A DNA stretch of 64,000 nucleotides from a virus. The DNA lies in IMG/VR virus record IMGVR_UViG_3300016471_000863. One strand, given 5' to 3'. The notes under the pieces were generated by a model, which saw only the letters and a list, made by a program, of their open reading frames with translations, had not been told where the DNA came from and searched no databases. Positions 22,401 to 31,697 of the stretch are shown in pieces. Position 1 is the stretch's first letter; every line of letters starts with the position of its first letter. Position numbers and translations under genes: made by a program.

Positions 22401-22832
22401 AGGTTCACCCACATTTGTTCCAGAAAAGAAAAGATATCCTTTATATTTTGGATAATTGTCATAAATCCATTTTTCAAACCCGGTTAAATTATCAAAATAA
22501 TTTTCAACTTCTTTTTGACTACCATCAAAAGGATATTCGTTTATAATTTTATCAAATGCAACATTTGTTTTTACTTGTGCAGAATTAAAAAAAGTATGAT
22601 TTTCAAATTTATTCCAATCAATATTTAATTGTTGAGTTGATTTGATTCCCTCTCCTGGGAGAGCAAACTTAATTGAATTAGATGATTCAATATTTGAGTC
22701 AGCTACAACTTCTCCATATGTAACTTTATATTCGGCATTATTGGCAATTTGATTTTTTATGTTTCTAACGACCGATGGAGTAAATAAGCTAGGCTTATTT
22801 TCAGTTATATTTTGTGAAGAATTATTTGCCAT
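19401..22832 (-). CDS. Baseplate wedge-type protein with LamG/concanavalin-A-like domains and a P2 gpI-like region
   Basis: LTIEFY...WNHFTF...FSGALDELRIW (LamG); PDQFLLQFAKNYG...IWRRILNNL...KGTIHSVKAF (gpI-like); second LamG (FNGKITQIRFW). Confidence 0.75.
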   Translation of the reverse strand: MANNSSQNITENKPSLFTPSVVRNIKNQIANNAEYKVTYGEVVADSNIESSNSIKFALPGEGIKSTQQLNIDWNKFENHTFFNSAQVKTNVAFDKIINEYPFDGSQKEVENYFDNLTGFEKWIYDNYPKYKGYLFFSGTNVGEPSGGTYITVKDIAGASYPSVSRTTNGSQVLNPGNKSLTIEFYLFVPAKANTEQVILDKHIESGVNKQGFYIGLQNEVLTTHTSMSFYVMSGTVMDSLTVGVEKGSWNHFTFIWDRTPGVYKSFVYKNGIFQNSSSYGVEFQEMYASQPDLLIGSGSTLTGFFTPQTTFSGALDELRIWHTVRNLTDINEYMQKSIFAKENLKLYYKLNEPANISSALVIDHSSNSLHGKLSNSAIALKVREVSTGSIAGSTPMIYEKLEFSPVLFPSYPEVGNMRYELLYSGSIYDQKNPNLITKLIPPHYLYEGQIESALETEEGEIVTTLQGGTDPRSVKLGATQTLLLLLYTWAKFFDEMKLFIQAFADINFIDYDETDTVPDQFLLQFAKNYGIDLPPLFSGASIGQFLNAENIQDDISTNTLSLQYIQNQIWRRILNNLQDVIQSKGTIHSVKAFIRSVGIDPDNNFRIREYGGPTKRSLSFVRDNRSEVSTALSFISGGLLTSPFLSASRIEPGIPIPTGTSNDELFTSGSWTYEATYLFSKDKKYQSLQSLLRLNTTGSSLSGNEVWGNLVFVSGTNNGTLNAFLRPNTNSSSPVLTMTLTGVDLFDGNQWYVSLGRTRNDLFPPDTISIVSSSYFLRAGKQNFGSILQLAQTSSYFDESIGGGANIQQVLNANFNASGSYFTVGSQSIDTTLPAFLNASMISNPVHGVTDFNGKITQIRFWTKSITEKEWKEHVLDYKSVGVQDPSTNFNFITNKSGSWERLRIDASTDQIDLETDSAGNISIFDFTQNNFHLSGTSFPATSSIINPERFYYSYISPKFDEASTVDKVRVRSFQEFENVQLYPWAEVAPVYQLVPSELPTDNTRFTIDFSVIDALDQDIITIFSTLDSLDNVLGSPELLFSPDYPGLANLREIYFNKLVDKINIKNFFEFFKWFDTNIGTFVAQLIPRKTKFLGTNFVIQSHMLERPKMEYLYNEIYLGDSNRDALRSVILLQLFTGTFVKY

Positions 22833-22835
22833 ATG

Positions 22836-24416
22836 TCAGTTTATAATCTTAAATATAAACCCTTTATCTTTTATGTAGTAATCTCTACCGGCATCTGTTA
22901 TCATTAATTCTATTTCGTAAAGTTCATTTATGTCCAAATCTTTTATATAAAGATCAAAATACATTCCCAAATTATCTGTTGATAACCTAGTATAAGGATC
23001 TGAAAAGGGAATAACTTCTTTTTTGCTATATGCTTTTAAAAGTCTCCATTTCATATCTTTAAGAATTAAAGATTTAGTTTCTGTTGGAAATTTATATGCA
23101 ATCATTTCTGTATTGTTATTTTGAATAAAAACTCTAAGTCTAGCTATTTCTTGCTTACTATAAGTTTGTTTCAAATTTGTAATATTAACTGTATAGTTTT
23201 TATCGAAAGTATTTGAGAATGTGCCAAATGGAACCTGATAATTTACATATTGTTTCGCATAAGTGATTTGTTTATCAAGACTTTTCCATGAGGCTAAAAA
23301 GCCTTGACTATCAGACCCGGATAAATAATTTCTTAACTCAACATCTTCTACGGTATTTAAATTAAAATTTACATTATAAATACCAGTTTGATTAATGCCA
23401 TTTAAAACAAATTGAGAACCAGAATATGTTCTGGTTAAATATGAAAGTGAACTAGTTTTATAGGTAATACTAGCAGAATGGGAAATGCTAAAACTTGTCG
23501 TTAGATAACTTACACTTTTGCTAGCTATTAATTCATAAAGTAATGAATTTGCCCCGGTAATTTGACTGCTTCCAGAAGTAAAATTAAAATAATTTCCATT
23601 TATAAAATTATAAACAAAAATACTTTGAGATACGTTAAACTGTGGATACCCTGAATCGTCTAATATTTTATCATCATAATTTACGATTAATTTTGGATGC
23701 AAAGACTTGTCATTAGTATGCCTTGATCCAAATCTTTTAACGAATCTTGTCGTAGTATCTGTTTCTTCGGCATCAACAAAACCTATTCTAAAACCATAGT
23801 TTGGTAAATTGCCACAAATACTTGCAGATACCAATTTTGTAATATCTATAAAAAGGTCTTCATCTCCTCTTGGGAAAAATTGAGAAACAGTAAGATCCTC
23901 AAGTCCATTTCCTAAATTACCAGAAGTTATTACATCTATATTTGCATTTCCTAATGTACCGGATGCTGCTGCTCCCCCTAATGACCAGCTAACAACAGTT
24001 CCATTTTCATTTGATGAGGTAATATAATTCGCAGAATCAAGATCTCTAAATGCTATTACATCAAATCCTCTTCCTTCGTTCCAAGATTTCGATAGCGGCA
24101 ATGTTCTTAAAGTAAAATTACTTGGTACTGTTTGACCACCATAGACATTTTTTAAATTTAAAAAACATTTAAATGAGGAATTATTTAAATCTAAAAAAGA
24201 AGAAGTTAACGATGTCAACTCGTCATAAGAAAATTGAATTAAAATTCTAGAAATTTCCTCTACGCTACCAGTAAAATTTGATATTATACTTTCGTTATAT
24301 AAATGAAATAAATCTAAAGTACCAGCTTGTCCAACATTAGACGTTTCGCATCTTTTTCCTGCGATTACTTTATTGGTTAGGTAGGTATCTTTACTAGCTG
24401 TTAATATTCTGTACAT
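22836..24416 (-). CDS. Structural protein with DNRLRE/CBM-like N-terminal domain
   Basis: ASKDTYL...NVG...SRILIQF...PLSKSWNEG...DITKLV...NYGF...PKLIVNY pattern. Confidence 0.6.
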   Translation of the reverse strand: MYRILTASKDTYLTNKVIAGKRCETSNVGQAGTLDLFHLYNESIISNFTGSVEEISRILIQFSYDELTSLTSSFLDLNNSSFKCFLNLKNVYGGQTVPSNFTLRTLPLSKSWNEGRGFDVIAFRDLDSANYITSSNENGTVVSWSLGGAAASGTLGNANIDVITSGNLGNGLEDLTVSQFFPRGDEDLFIDITKLVSASICGNLPNYGFRIGFVDAEETDTTTRFVKRFGSRHTNDKSLHPKLIVNYDDKILDDSGYPQFNVSQSIFVYNFINGNYFNFTSGSSQITGANSLLYELIASKSVSYLTTSFSISHSASITYKTSSLSYLTRTYSGSQFVLNGINQTGIYNVNFNLNTVEDVELRNYLSGSDSQGFLASWKSLDKQITYAKQYVNYQVPFGTFSNTFDKNYTVNITNLKQTYSKQEIARLRVFIQNNNTEMIAYKFPTETKSLILKDMKWRLLKAYSKKEVIPFSDPYTRLSTDNLGMYFDLYIKDLDINELYEIELMITDAGRDYYIKDKGFIFKIIN

Positions 24417-24425
24417 TTTTATCCA

Positions 24426-26279
24426 TCAAAGGGCAGCGCCTATTATATCATAATCTTTAAATCTTAATTCAAAAATTCCACCAGGAGGAGGAAAGACTAT
24501 TCCTTTTGTAGTGTTAGCAGCGAAATCGTATTCGATTTCAGAATAAACTCTTGGATTTGAATTTCCAACTTGACCTGATATGTTTTGTAATTCAACTGAA
24601 ACAATTGAAATTACTCCTCTTGTATTGAAGATGATATTTTGTATTTCTGCTAAAACTATAGGTTGATCAATGTAATAGTTTTTAACATCAAAAAATTTTG
24701 TTAATTTAGCCATTGCGTTTTTCATTACCAAATTTTTATTCATTGCAGGATCAATAACAACTTGAAATTTTACTTGATAATTAATAACTTTTGCATCCAA
24801 AATATCTATAGCGTCGGAAATCATTCTATATTGATTCAGATAAAAAGATAAATTCTTTTTAAGAGAATCTGGAGAAATTACTAATTGATTTTTATTATTT
24901 CTTGATATGATAAAAAGTTGAGTGGCTAATGGATTATTTGGATTTGCTTGAATCGAAGCTCTAAAGACTCTGCCAAAATTACTAGGCATTGTATATATTC
25001 TTGCTAGCAAATCTTCTTTAGTTACAATTCTAGATTGAGAATTTCTAAATGAACTAATTTTTGCCTTTAGTTCATCTGCTGAAGGGGAGTCTTCACCCCC
25101 GGTGGCAGGGCTTAAATTTTTTACATCTGTTGAACTACGCACATATTGTGCCACAGCGGGTGAAGGGTTTCTTGGAAAATTTATTATCAATTTAGTAATA
25201 TTTCTTACAACATTTGCTTCAATGTTGTGCGCTAATCCTCCGCCATGTCTATATTCTATTGTTAATGTTGTGTTAGGAGTTAAAATTCCCAATGTAGAAG
25301 TTTGTAGTAAATTACCAGGATTCAAGGTATATCTTGAAAATACTTTTTTTCCATATAAAGGTAATGCAAATTCACTTGGGTCCGGTATGATATCGTCATC
25401 TATAGACTCAGCAGATCCACCGCCGAATGTTAAAATCGTAAATCTTGTCGATAATTGACCGTCTTTGATAAATCTATACGGAGCTGGTATGGGAATTAAA
25501 TTTTCTTTTACCAATTGATTGTCTATCGAATTATTTATTATTGCTTTATAAACAGTATCTTGAGTTAAACTTTCGACTTCATAGTACTCGTTACCTCTGG
25601 AATCACGAACTGAAATAATTTCTGTTATATTTTCTTGTCCAAGAGTAATTTTTTTGAATTTTTCAAAACCATTTACTTGGATATTTTCTACTTTTCTTGT
25701 ACCAGAAATTGCAATTCCTTTTAAGCTTAAAATATATGAAGTTGGTCTGTTGTTGGAATTAGTATTACTTATTGTTACAGAAGCAATTAAATTTCCTGTG
25801 GAATCTATGGCTCCGAAATCTAAATCTTCTGTTAATTCAAATTCAATACCACCATTTGCCTTACAGCTAGTCCCAGCGTTTATTTTTGGAAGTGCATCTC
25901 GTAATGGTTGGCTAATGTCAGAAGTTAAATCAGCAGGAACTTCTATATAGAATGTTAATTCTACAACTGCTGGTGCTGCCCCTGTAATTTTAACGCCAGC
26001 ATTTTTCAAATGCCTTTCAATATTATTTAATTCAATTGAAGAATCTGGAAAATTTTCTTGAAATTGATGATCTAAATAAAAACTCTGAACATCGCCAACG
26101 TAAGCGCACATTTCAAGTAACAAGCCACCTAATCCAGCTTCACTGAAATCTTTTATTGAATCCGGGAAATATGTTCTGGCATAAGATAACAAATCTGCTC
26201 TCAAAGAATCAAAGTCTTTATTCAAATATCTTCGTTCTTTAATGGTTTTTAACAATTCTTTTTTACTTGTAGATGTCAT
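24426..26279 (-). CDS. Baseplate wedge subunit (baseplate J / T4 gp6-like)
   Basis: YLNKDFDSLRADL...DFSEAGLG...AYVGDVQSFYLD; ATGGED...SRIVTKED motifs. Confidence 0.88.
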   Translation of the reverse strand: MTSTSKKELLKTIKERRYLNKDFDSLRADLLSYARTYFPDSIKDFSEAGLGGLLLEMCAYVGDVQSFYLDHQFQENFPDSSIELNNIERHLKNAGVKITGAAPAVVELTFYIEVPADLTSDISQPLRDALPKINAGTSCKANGGIEFELTEDLDFGAIDSTGNLIASVTISNTNSNNRPTSYILSLKGIAISGTRKVENIQVNGFEKFKKITLGQENITEIISVRDSRGNEYYEVESLTQDTVYKAIINNSIDNQLVKENLIPIPAPYRFIKDGQLSTRFTILTFGGGSAESIDDDIIPDPSEFALPLYGKKVFSRYTLNPGNLLQTSTLGILTPNTTLTIEYRHGGGLAHNIEANVVRNITKLIINFPRNPSPAVAQYVRSSTDVKNLSPATGGEDSPSADELKAKISSFRNSQSRIVTKEDLLARIYTMPSNFGRVFRASIQANPNNPLATQLFIISRNNKNQLVISPDSLKKNLSFYLNQYRMISDAIDILDAKVINYQVKFQVVIDPAMNKNLVMKNAMAKLTKFFDVKNYYIDQPIVLAEIQNIIFNTRGVISIVSVELQNISGQVGNSNPRVYSEIEYDFAANTTKGIVFPPPGGIFELRFKDYDIIGAAL

Positions 26280-26283
26280 AATT

Positions 26284-26754
26284 TTATATCACAAATAATT
26301 CCACTTCGCAAAATCTTTCACCTAAATTTGCAGTCGGAACCGAATAAGCAACTGTAATTTTTACTTTTCCGGTAAATTCATTATTTTCATAATCAATTTT
26401 TGATTCAAATCCTAATAAATTAACAAATGGTAAATATATTGAAACGGCAGTATTTATTCGGATCATCGCTTCTGTATCAAAATATTCTTTATTAGAGAAT
26501 TCTGTTAATAAAGGTTTTAAATTTGTTCCAAAGGTATACAGACCTAATCTTTCGCCGTAATTTGTTAAAATTAAATTTCTAAGATTATCATCCATTTGAG
26601 ACGCTAAATCAAAATGCATTTGAAATAAACTTTTACCTTCAACATCTATTTCTAAAGGTGTTTTTATTCCAATGGGAACTGGAGCAACATTTGCTCTCGC
26701 ATTAGAATTAGAAAATGCTTTTGTTCCAACATCTTTAAAAGAAATCAATGCCAT
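26284..26754 (-). CDS. Baseplate wedge subunit / sheath initiator (T4 gp25-like)
   Basis: NLRNLILTNYGER...FGTNLKPLL signature; adjacent to baseplate J. Confidence 0.88.
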   Translation of the reverse strand: MALISFKDVGTKAFSNSNARANVAPVPIGIKTPLEIDVEGKSLFQMHFDLASQMDDNLRNLILTNYGERLGLYTFGTNLKPLLTEFSNKEYFDTEAMIRINTAVSIYLPFVNLLGFESKIDYENNEFTGKVKITVAYSVPTANLGERFCEVELFVI

Positions 26755-26800
26755 ACCTTTTTAATTACTTTTCGATTTCATTTTTAATATTTTTTTCTAA

Positions 26801-27151
26801 TCATTCTATAGGAATTATTGGTTTATAGTTGGTTATTTGAGAGGGAGAAATAATTGCATTATTAAATACACTATTTGTAACTGAACTAGCTACCGTATAA
26901 GCATTTTGCTGATTTAATGAAGAAAAAAGATTCTGAATCTCTGAATTCACATACACAATCATTACATTAGCTAACTTCTCTGCTTGCAAATCTAATTGTT
27001 TTTTAGGATAAATTGTTTCTATTTTTGGATTATCCCCACCTTCAATTACTATGTCAATTTTATCTTGAATTTTTGATAAATCTTCAACCAATGCATTCTT
27101 TATTAAATCGATTAATTCTTGTTTATTTTTTATTGACATATTATTCTCCAA
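26801..27151 (-). CDS. Hypothetical protein
   Basis: ORF overlapping the end of the spike gene. Confidence 0.5.
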   Translation of the reverse strand: MENNMSIKNKQELIDLIKNALVEDLSKIQDKIDIVIEGGDNPKIETIYPKKQLDLQAEKLANVMIVYVNSEIQNLFSSLNQQNAYTVASSVTNSVFNNAIISPSQITNYKPIIPIE

Positions 27152-28793
27152 ATATTTTCGTAGATTTTACAGTTTCAGGATCAATGTTGTCAATATTGCC
27201 TTTTATTTCCTCTATTTTTAGAGCTGTAGTTTGAGAAACGATTGGTCCAATTGAATTAAGTGAAGCAATTGGAGAATACGGTATCGCAGTAGCGGCAGTG
27301 AAAGCATTGTTATATTGATCAGTAATATCTTTTACTTGGTCTGCTAAATTTTTTATTTGTTCTTTCAAAGCACTTATAATTGATTCAAATTCGGTATATT
27401 TTATATACGGCTGTTCGCCATCGGCATCTGTTCTACCTAAATAAATTCTATTTCCATCAATTTGGATTTTGCCCTCTTCGTTTATATAAACGTATGCCAA
27501 ATCTTCATCCGTGCTGGGGGCGTCTCCAATTCCGCCGCCTGCTGGTGTTCCATGTTTGATTAATAAAATTGTTCCATTTATTTTTCTATTTGGATCTTTC
27601 CTTGCAATAATTCTTATATGATCTGCCTTACTTACAACATAAGATCTATTATATTCATCATTTGGTCCTGCGGGCACCGGTTCAACAGGGATCAATGCAC
27701 CAGTAGGATATTCTTGTACTTCGGAAGCATCTCCTGTAATCAGATAATTTAGATCAACATTGCTTTGTTGAGTTATATAAACTCTTGCAGCATCATTGAT
27801 TGGATCCGGATTTCCTTCATTTACATTTTCAGTATTATTTTCACTTCTAATGAACGGCGCTTTATCATTTTCCAAATTATTTCTTGTATTTTCAATTGTT
27901 CTACAGCTAGTGGGAGAAGTGTCGCTATCTCCTGGATTTACTCCTGGTTCTGGTAGGAATCTGCCTCTTCCGACTACAATATCTACTGTCCCTGCTTTAC
28001 CTTTTATATCAATTGGATTACTACCTGATGCTCCTGTAATTGATCCATTTCTATCTTCCCCTAGCATCAATAGAGCATTATTAGAGCCCTGTAGAACCAA
28101 TTCCTGTGGTCTTTTTATCCATCTCGGTACAGCCTCCGGAGTAATTAATGGATAAGCTAAAGAATTTTCTATAATGCTTGTATAAGGGTCTTCTCCATCT
28201 TCACCTATCGTTAAGGTAACAGAGTTACTTGTACCTCCACCATTTGGGAAATCAGGGATCGGATTTTCTGCTGGTCTGGACTCTTTATCGGAAGTAGAAT
28301 AATTTCCAGGGTTTAAATTTGCTTGAAACATTCTGTCGGCATGAGTATAGTTCAAATCTTCAATGCTTCTGTATGCGTGCCCTCTAGTTAACCAAAATCC
28401 AATTTTAGTTCCAAGATTTTGAAAATTTTCAAAAATTACATAAACTGTTTCGCCTGGATTTACAGGCATTAAAAAATGTGAAGAAAAAAATGGAAACAAA
28501 ATAATATTATTAGATCCGTCGATACCTTGATTTGAACTTACAAGTCTAGCTACAATAGAATTAATTGGCATAATATCAACAATCTCTGGATTGTTAATTG
28601 TAGTTGATAATTGATCTAAATAATCCTGTGTCAAAGAAAAAGGATCAGAAATAACCTCAATAACAACTGCTCGCTGTAATACGGGAGGCGATCCGGAGGT
28701 TCTAACATTTCTTAACTCTTCAGAAATGTTATTAACATTACTGGCTCCAACGACTCTTCTTGCTACTGTTATTCCGCGACCTTTAACTGGCAT
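27141..28793 (-). CDS. Baseplate hub/central spike (gp5/gpV-like, no lysozyme domain evident)
   Basis: OB-fold-like FLMPVNPGETVYV; LVLQGSNNALLMLG; C-terminal INEEGKIQIDGNRIYLG plus coiled coil; just upstream of the gp25-like gene. Confidence 0.7.
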   Translation of the reverse strand: MPVKGRGITVARRVVGASNVNNISEELRNVRTSGSPPVLQRAVVIEVISDPFSLTQDYLDQLSTTINNPEIVDIMPINSIVARLVSSNQGIDGSNNIILFPFFSSHFLMPVNPGETVYVIFENFQNLGTKIGFWLTRGHAYRSIEDLNYTHADRMFQANLNPGNYSTSDKESRPAENPIPDFPNGGGTSNSVTLTIGEDGEDPYTSIIENSLAYPLITPEAVPRWIKRPQELVLQGSNNALLMLGEDRNGSITGASGSNPIDIKGKAGTVDIVVGRGRFLPEPGVNPGDSDTSPTSCRTIENTRNNLENDKAPFIRSENNTENVNEGNPDPINDAARVYITQQSNVDLNYLITGDASEVQEYPTGALIPVEPVPAGPNDEYNRSYVVSKADHIRIIARKDPNRKINGTILLIKHGTPAGGGIGDAPSTDEDLAYVYINEEGKIQIDGNRIYLGRTDADGEQPYIKYTEFESIISALKEQIKNLADQVKDITDQYNNAFTAATAIPYSPIASLNSIGPIVSQTTALKIEEIKGNIDNIDPETVKSTKIFGE

Positions 28794-28796
28794 TTT

Positions 28797-29249
28797 TCAA
28801 ACCTTATTTTTTAACATGTTAATTCTATCATACATATCTTCTTCAGTTATATTTTCTTCAATTTCTTCTTCGCTAGCCTTCCCAACTAATTCAGCTAGCT
28901 TTATTAACTGTTCATTAGTTTTGTTCATTCGTTCCATGTACTTTGCTAAAGTAGCACCATGTATAGCATGTTCGGTAAGTTTTCCATGAACACTTTTATA
29001 TAAATCTATCCACATTAGATACGAATTTCTCCTATCCTGAACAGCATTTTCATATATTTGTCGCCATAAAGCTTTTGTTTTTTCTTCTACTGTAGAAAGA
29101 GAATCTAGCAAAAAAGCAAAATCTTGCATTTGTTTTTCAATTTTTGAATCAAGATCCTCTTGTTCTTTTTCAATTGTATCTAAGGTATCATCTGGTATCT
29201 GAACATTTGATGTGGGTTCTAAAATTTGATGCCGAGGTCTTTTATTCAT
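28797..29249 (-). CDS. Hypothetical coiled-coil protein
   Basis: Helical, charged 150-aa ORF co-oriented with the spike gene. Confidence 0.55.
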   Translation of the reverse strand: MNKRPRHQILEPTSNVQIPDDTLDTIEKEQEDLDSKIEKQMQDFAFLLDSLSTVEEKTKALWRQIYENAVQDRRNSYLMWIDLYKSVHGKLTEHAIHGATLAKYMERMNKTNEQLIKLAELVGKASEEEIEENITEEDMYDRINMLKNKV

Positions 29250-29316
29250 ATTGTTTACTTCTTGTAATGTAATGAATATAATAATAACATAGTTAACAAT
29301 TTTATAATTTTAATAT

Positions 29317-29934
29317 ATGAAAAAAAGATTATCAAATCTTGATAATAATATCAAAATATACTTGATTAAAGAAGCAATCTTTACAAGAATTGTTATATTT
29401 GATACAAAAAAATTTTTTAAAGCCTTAGAGGAACAAGAACTAACTAAACTAAATCCGTTTTATAAAACAGATAAAGAAAATCCAATTTTAGGTAGTATTG
29501 TAATAGAAAAAAATCCAAAAGAAGGGTGCTGGAGTACAGTTTCAATCGCAGCAGAACATGGATATGGACCATTGCTATATGAATTGGCTATGACCGATAT
29601 ATTTCCCTGTTCTCTTACTTCTGACAACCCAGACAGGGTAAGTACAGCAGCAAAGATAATTTGGGATAAATTTTATCTTAGAAAGGATACTACTAAAACT
29701 CCTAAAGAATCTTATAGAGATATTATTAAAATTCTTGAAAGCTCTAAAGGCAAAGATACCGTTAAGTGTTCTTTGTATTACCAATATAAAATAAATAAAC
29801 CTTTGCAATATCAAAAGTATCTACCAGGAAAAGCATTCTTAAAAAAGATGTCATCAAATAGATTTGATTTTGACCAAATTTTATCAGATATGGCTTCCAA
29901 TTATTTTATTGAAAATTATATTTTGCTTGACTAA
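29317..29934 (+). CDS. Hypothetical protein, possible GNAT-like fold
   Basis: SIAAEHGYGPLLYELAM...LTSD...VSTAAKIIW resembles GNAT motifs A/B. Confidence 0.5.
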   Translation: MKKRLSNLDNNIKIYLIKEAIFTRIVIFDTKKFFKALEEQELTKLNPFYKTDKENPILGSIVIEKNPKEGCWSTVSIAAEHGYGPLLYELAMTDIFPCSLTSDNPDRVSTAAKIIWDKFYLRKDTTKTPKESYRDIIKILESSKGKDTVKCSLYYQYKINKPLQYQKYLPGKAFLKKMSSNRFDFDQILSDMASNYFIENYILLD

Positions 29935-29935
29935 A

Positions 29936-30505
29936 TCAAAAATCAAGAGAAATATTAAATATTTCATGCTTGCCGCCTGCATCACCAGTAAAAGATGAAA
30001 AACATAAAAATACAGGTTCTTTTACCATTTCATAAAAGGCAATATCGTTAAAAGCATAAGCAACTACGGCTAAATCATTTACTTTAACAACAACTGTCTC
30101 CAGTTCATTATCGTAGATTACCTCTACTTCTTTATCTTGCCCATCATTAAATCGTTCTCTGCAAGCAGCTTGTGCTACTCTGGTGCCTTCAAAGTAGATA
30201 ACAACTTCATTACCGCTTTGATTTTCTAAATTTTTATATGTATCTAATGTTACTGCAAATAATTCCTGTCCAGACTCAGAACACAGTTTCATTCGAACAC
30301 CATCGCCGCCCTGACCGTCTACATCAGAAATACCTTCCGGTTCTGATATATTTACAGTAAAATTGCATCTCCATGATGAGCTTTCAAAATCAAATTTTTG
30401 TTCTATTCTAACCTCACCTTGAGAACGAAGACCAGAAGTGAGAACTATTTTTTCATTTTCTTTGCTGGCATCACCTTTTAAAGAAGCTTTTATTTCTTTT
30501 TGCAT
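29936..30505 (-). CDS. L-type (legume) lectin/ConA-like domain protein
   Basis: VLTS...G, GGDG, FAVTLDTYKN, FSSFTG...HEI match the L-type lectin pattern (ADG, AVEFDTY.N, GFSASTG). Confidence 0.65.
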   Translation of the reverse strand: MQKEIKASLKGDASKENEKIVLTSGLRSQGEVRIEQKFDFESSSWRCNFTVNISEPEGISDVDGQGGDGVRMKLCSESGQELFAVTLDTYKNLENQSGNEVVIYFEGTRVAQAACRERFNDGQDKEVEVIYDNELETVVVKVNDLAVVAYAFNDIAFYEMVKEPVFLCFSSFTGDAGGKHEIFNISLDF

Positions 30506-30561
30506 AATAAATCCTATAAAGATTATTCAGATATTAAATATTTCTTTATACAAGATTTGTC

Positions 30562-31308
30562 TCAGTATTCGTACTCTTCCATTTTACGAACTTCTTTATA
30601 GTGTCTTTTTAAAGAAGATAAAACCATAGATAATTGCTTACTTGATAAATCGGTCATTTCTCTTACATAAATAAGAATTGCTCTTTTTGAAAGTAAATCA
30701 ATGCTATCTGCACTTGTTATCAATGATTGAATTGCAGTTATGCATTTTTTTTCGTTTTCTGTCTTTACTCTTTGGGCAACTGCATTTAAAATATGTTGAA
30801 ATAAATCTTTATTTTCTTTCGCTATTAGAATTTCATCATATGATGGTATGATGCTGAAATTTTCTATCATTTCCAAATCTTCTTTAGAAATGTCTTCTTT
30901 GTTGTCTATCGATATGTAACTTTGTACTTTCTTATTATTTTGTTTGCTTTTTATTGTAAGCCAATTTTTTGCAACAACATTGAAATATGAAAAAGCTTTT
31001 GATCCTTTATCTGGATTAAATTTATCCACAGCCGTATAAAGGAATTCTAAACATTCACTTTTTAAATCATTCTTAGATTCAAAGGCAACGTTAAAACCAT
31101 AAACATTAATTAAATTCTCTACTAGAGAATCAAAAGAAGGTAGTATTTCTTTAACATAAATTACTTTTTTTACCTCTAAATCTGGTTCGTTTTTATAATT
31201 TACTATAGATTGCTGCGTAGTTTCATCAAAATAAATCATTGATTTACTTTGCCCAGGCTTTTTTCTAGTAATTTTTTTTCTTTTTTTAATTTCTAAATCA
31301 GTTTTCAT
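30562..31308 (-). CDS. Phage sigma factor (gp55/sigma70 region 2-like), probably for late transcription
   Basis: DLKSECLEFLYTAVDKFNPDKGSKAFSYFNVVAKNWL. Confidence 0.8.
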   Translation of the reverse strand: MKTDLEIKKRKKITRKKPGQSKSMIYFDETTQQSIVNYKNEPDLEVKKVIYVKEILPSFDSLVENLINVYGFNVAFESKNDLKSECLEFLYTAVDKFNPDKGSKAFSYFNVVAKNWLTIKSKQNNKKVQSYISIDNKEDISKEDLEMIENFSIIPSYDEILIAKENKDLFQHILNAVAQRVKTENEKKCITAIQSLITSADSIDLLSKRAILIYVREMTDLSSKQLSMVLSSLKRHYKEVRKMEEYEY

Positions 31309-31696
31309 TATCTAATTTCAAAAGCCTTTCTTTATTTCGCAACAATTGTTCTTCTGTAATTTCTTCTTCGACAACTTCTTCAATTATATATTTTTGGTTA
31401 CTTCGTTCAACAAATTTTTGTGCTACTTTGTTTACTTCAAATTTAGCTAATTTCACTTCTTCTAGGCAAGACTGTACTGTATTTTTTACTTCAGGACTGT
31501 CAAAAAACAATCTCATATTCAGTAATCTATCCATAGTCTTCTCTGCATTTTCTATTGCTTCGATTGCATCTGACAAATCATCTTCAAGAATCATTACTGT
31601 TCTAGCTAAATGATATGATTTATATAGTACATACCCTAGCGATGAACTTAATAACAAACAGATAATAAGTAATATTACAGCAATAAAAGTCATCAT
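31298..31696 (-). CDS. Membrane-anchored coiled-coil protein
   Basis: N-terminal hydrophobic helix followed by heptad-like acidic segment. Confidence 0.6.
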   Translation of the reverse strand: MMTFIAVILLIICLLLSSSLGYVLYKSYHLARTVMILEDDLSDAIEAIENAEKTMDRLLNMRLFFDSPEVKNTVQSCLEEVKLAKFEVNKVAQKFVERSNQKYIIEEVVEEEITEEQLLRNKERLLKLDNEN

Positions 31697-31697
31697 A

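Noticed and set aside
19401-28793. Bacterial eCIS/tailocin instead of a phage
   Set aside because: The sigma factor, Prim-Pol, Cas4-like nuclease, intein, def and hsp20 plus the gene density fit a lytic jumbo phage better, although capsid genes are not in the window.
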